Source: a virus (lineage: Duplodnaviria; Caudoviricetes). Taken from it: a DNA stretch of 26,079 bases. Under the pieces are notes generated by a model. The model was not told the DNA's origin. It saw nothing but the letters and a program-made list of their open reading frames with translations, and did no database searches. The position numbers and the translations under genes were made by a program. The stretch lies in IMG/VR virus record IMGVR_UViG_3300032272_000064, positions 1 to 26,079 of that record. One strand, given 5' to 3'. Positions 25,630 through 26,079 of this stretch are shown here, one piece after another. The first letter of the stretch is position 1; the number at the start of each line of letters is the position of its first letter.

Positions 25630-26079
25630 CTATGAGGCAATCGCCGTAGCCCAAGCAGTAGCGTTTGTGCCATCAGGGTCGCCTGTCGCTGAATGGATGC
25701 CAATGCTATACAATGCCTTGGCTTGAGAGAATAATTGTTCGCCAGGTGTCATAGCCGCGTCCACGGCATAATCTAGCGAAACGGTTGCTAAATTAAGTGA
25801 GTTTGCTTCTGCTTCCCAAGTGTCCTTCTCCGCAGGTGTTAAAGCGGCAAAAATTGCCCGACTTGCTTGCAAAATAGAGTAATTTGGACCTAGCATAATC
25901 TTAACTAGGTACGAATTCCATCGATAGCTTTTGCTACCTGCATCAACAGCTGCTTCAGCAATCAGCATTTTTGTAGTATCACCAATCGCTTTTACAGATT
26001 TTTGAGCCGTACCAGTCATTTGCCGATTGTTGCCTTGTGTTTCAGTTTTACTGTCCGTAGGTTTTTTGTAAAACTTGGC
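25630..26079 (-). CDS. Hypothetical helical protein, start lies beyond the window
   Basis: Frame is open to the edge (AKFYKKPTDSKTETQGNNRQM...); followed by a terminator. Confidence 0.7.
   Translation of the reverse strand, partial: AKFYKKPTDSKTETQGNNRQMTGTAQKSVKAIGDTTKMLIAEAAVDAGSKSYRWNSYLVKIMLGPNYSILQASRAIFAALTPAEKDTWEAEANSLNLATVSLDYAVDAAMTPGEQLFSQAKALYSIGIHSATGDPDGTNATAWATAIAS

Overview
Most of the window (about 1.56-25.1 kb, + strand) is a temperate siphovirus-type prophage. It has a replication initiator with internal iterons and a C-terminal DnaA-domain-I-like region, a regulatory/accessory block, a catalytic-domain-only tyrosine recombinase and two holin-like genes. These are followed by an HK97-type packaging/head/tail operon: HNH, cos-like site, TerS, TerL, portal fused to a minor-head domain, protease, major capsid, connectors, tail tube, frameshifted chaperones, tape measure, Dit and tail tip. 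The host may be a Chloroflexota member, which is weak inference from the Rep architecture and an NHLP/Os1348-like peptide. Four things stand out. (1) An intact, diverged, ATPase-only duplicate of TerL sits between TerS and the full TerL. (2) There is no cI/cro at the early switch. An NHLP-like peptide gene with a palindromic bidirectional promoter sits there instead, converging on a membrane protein with an OB-fold-like tail. (3) A LuxR HTH gene has an out-of-frame transmembrane anchor, and there are two matching activator-box promoters. (4) A non-coding 22-bp palindromic array repeats a motif found upstream of rep. The right end is a hairpin-rich intergenic region plus an opposite-strand gene that may belong to a different element. 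All family calls come from motif recognition and synteny, not database searches.
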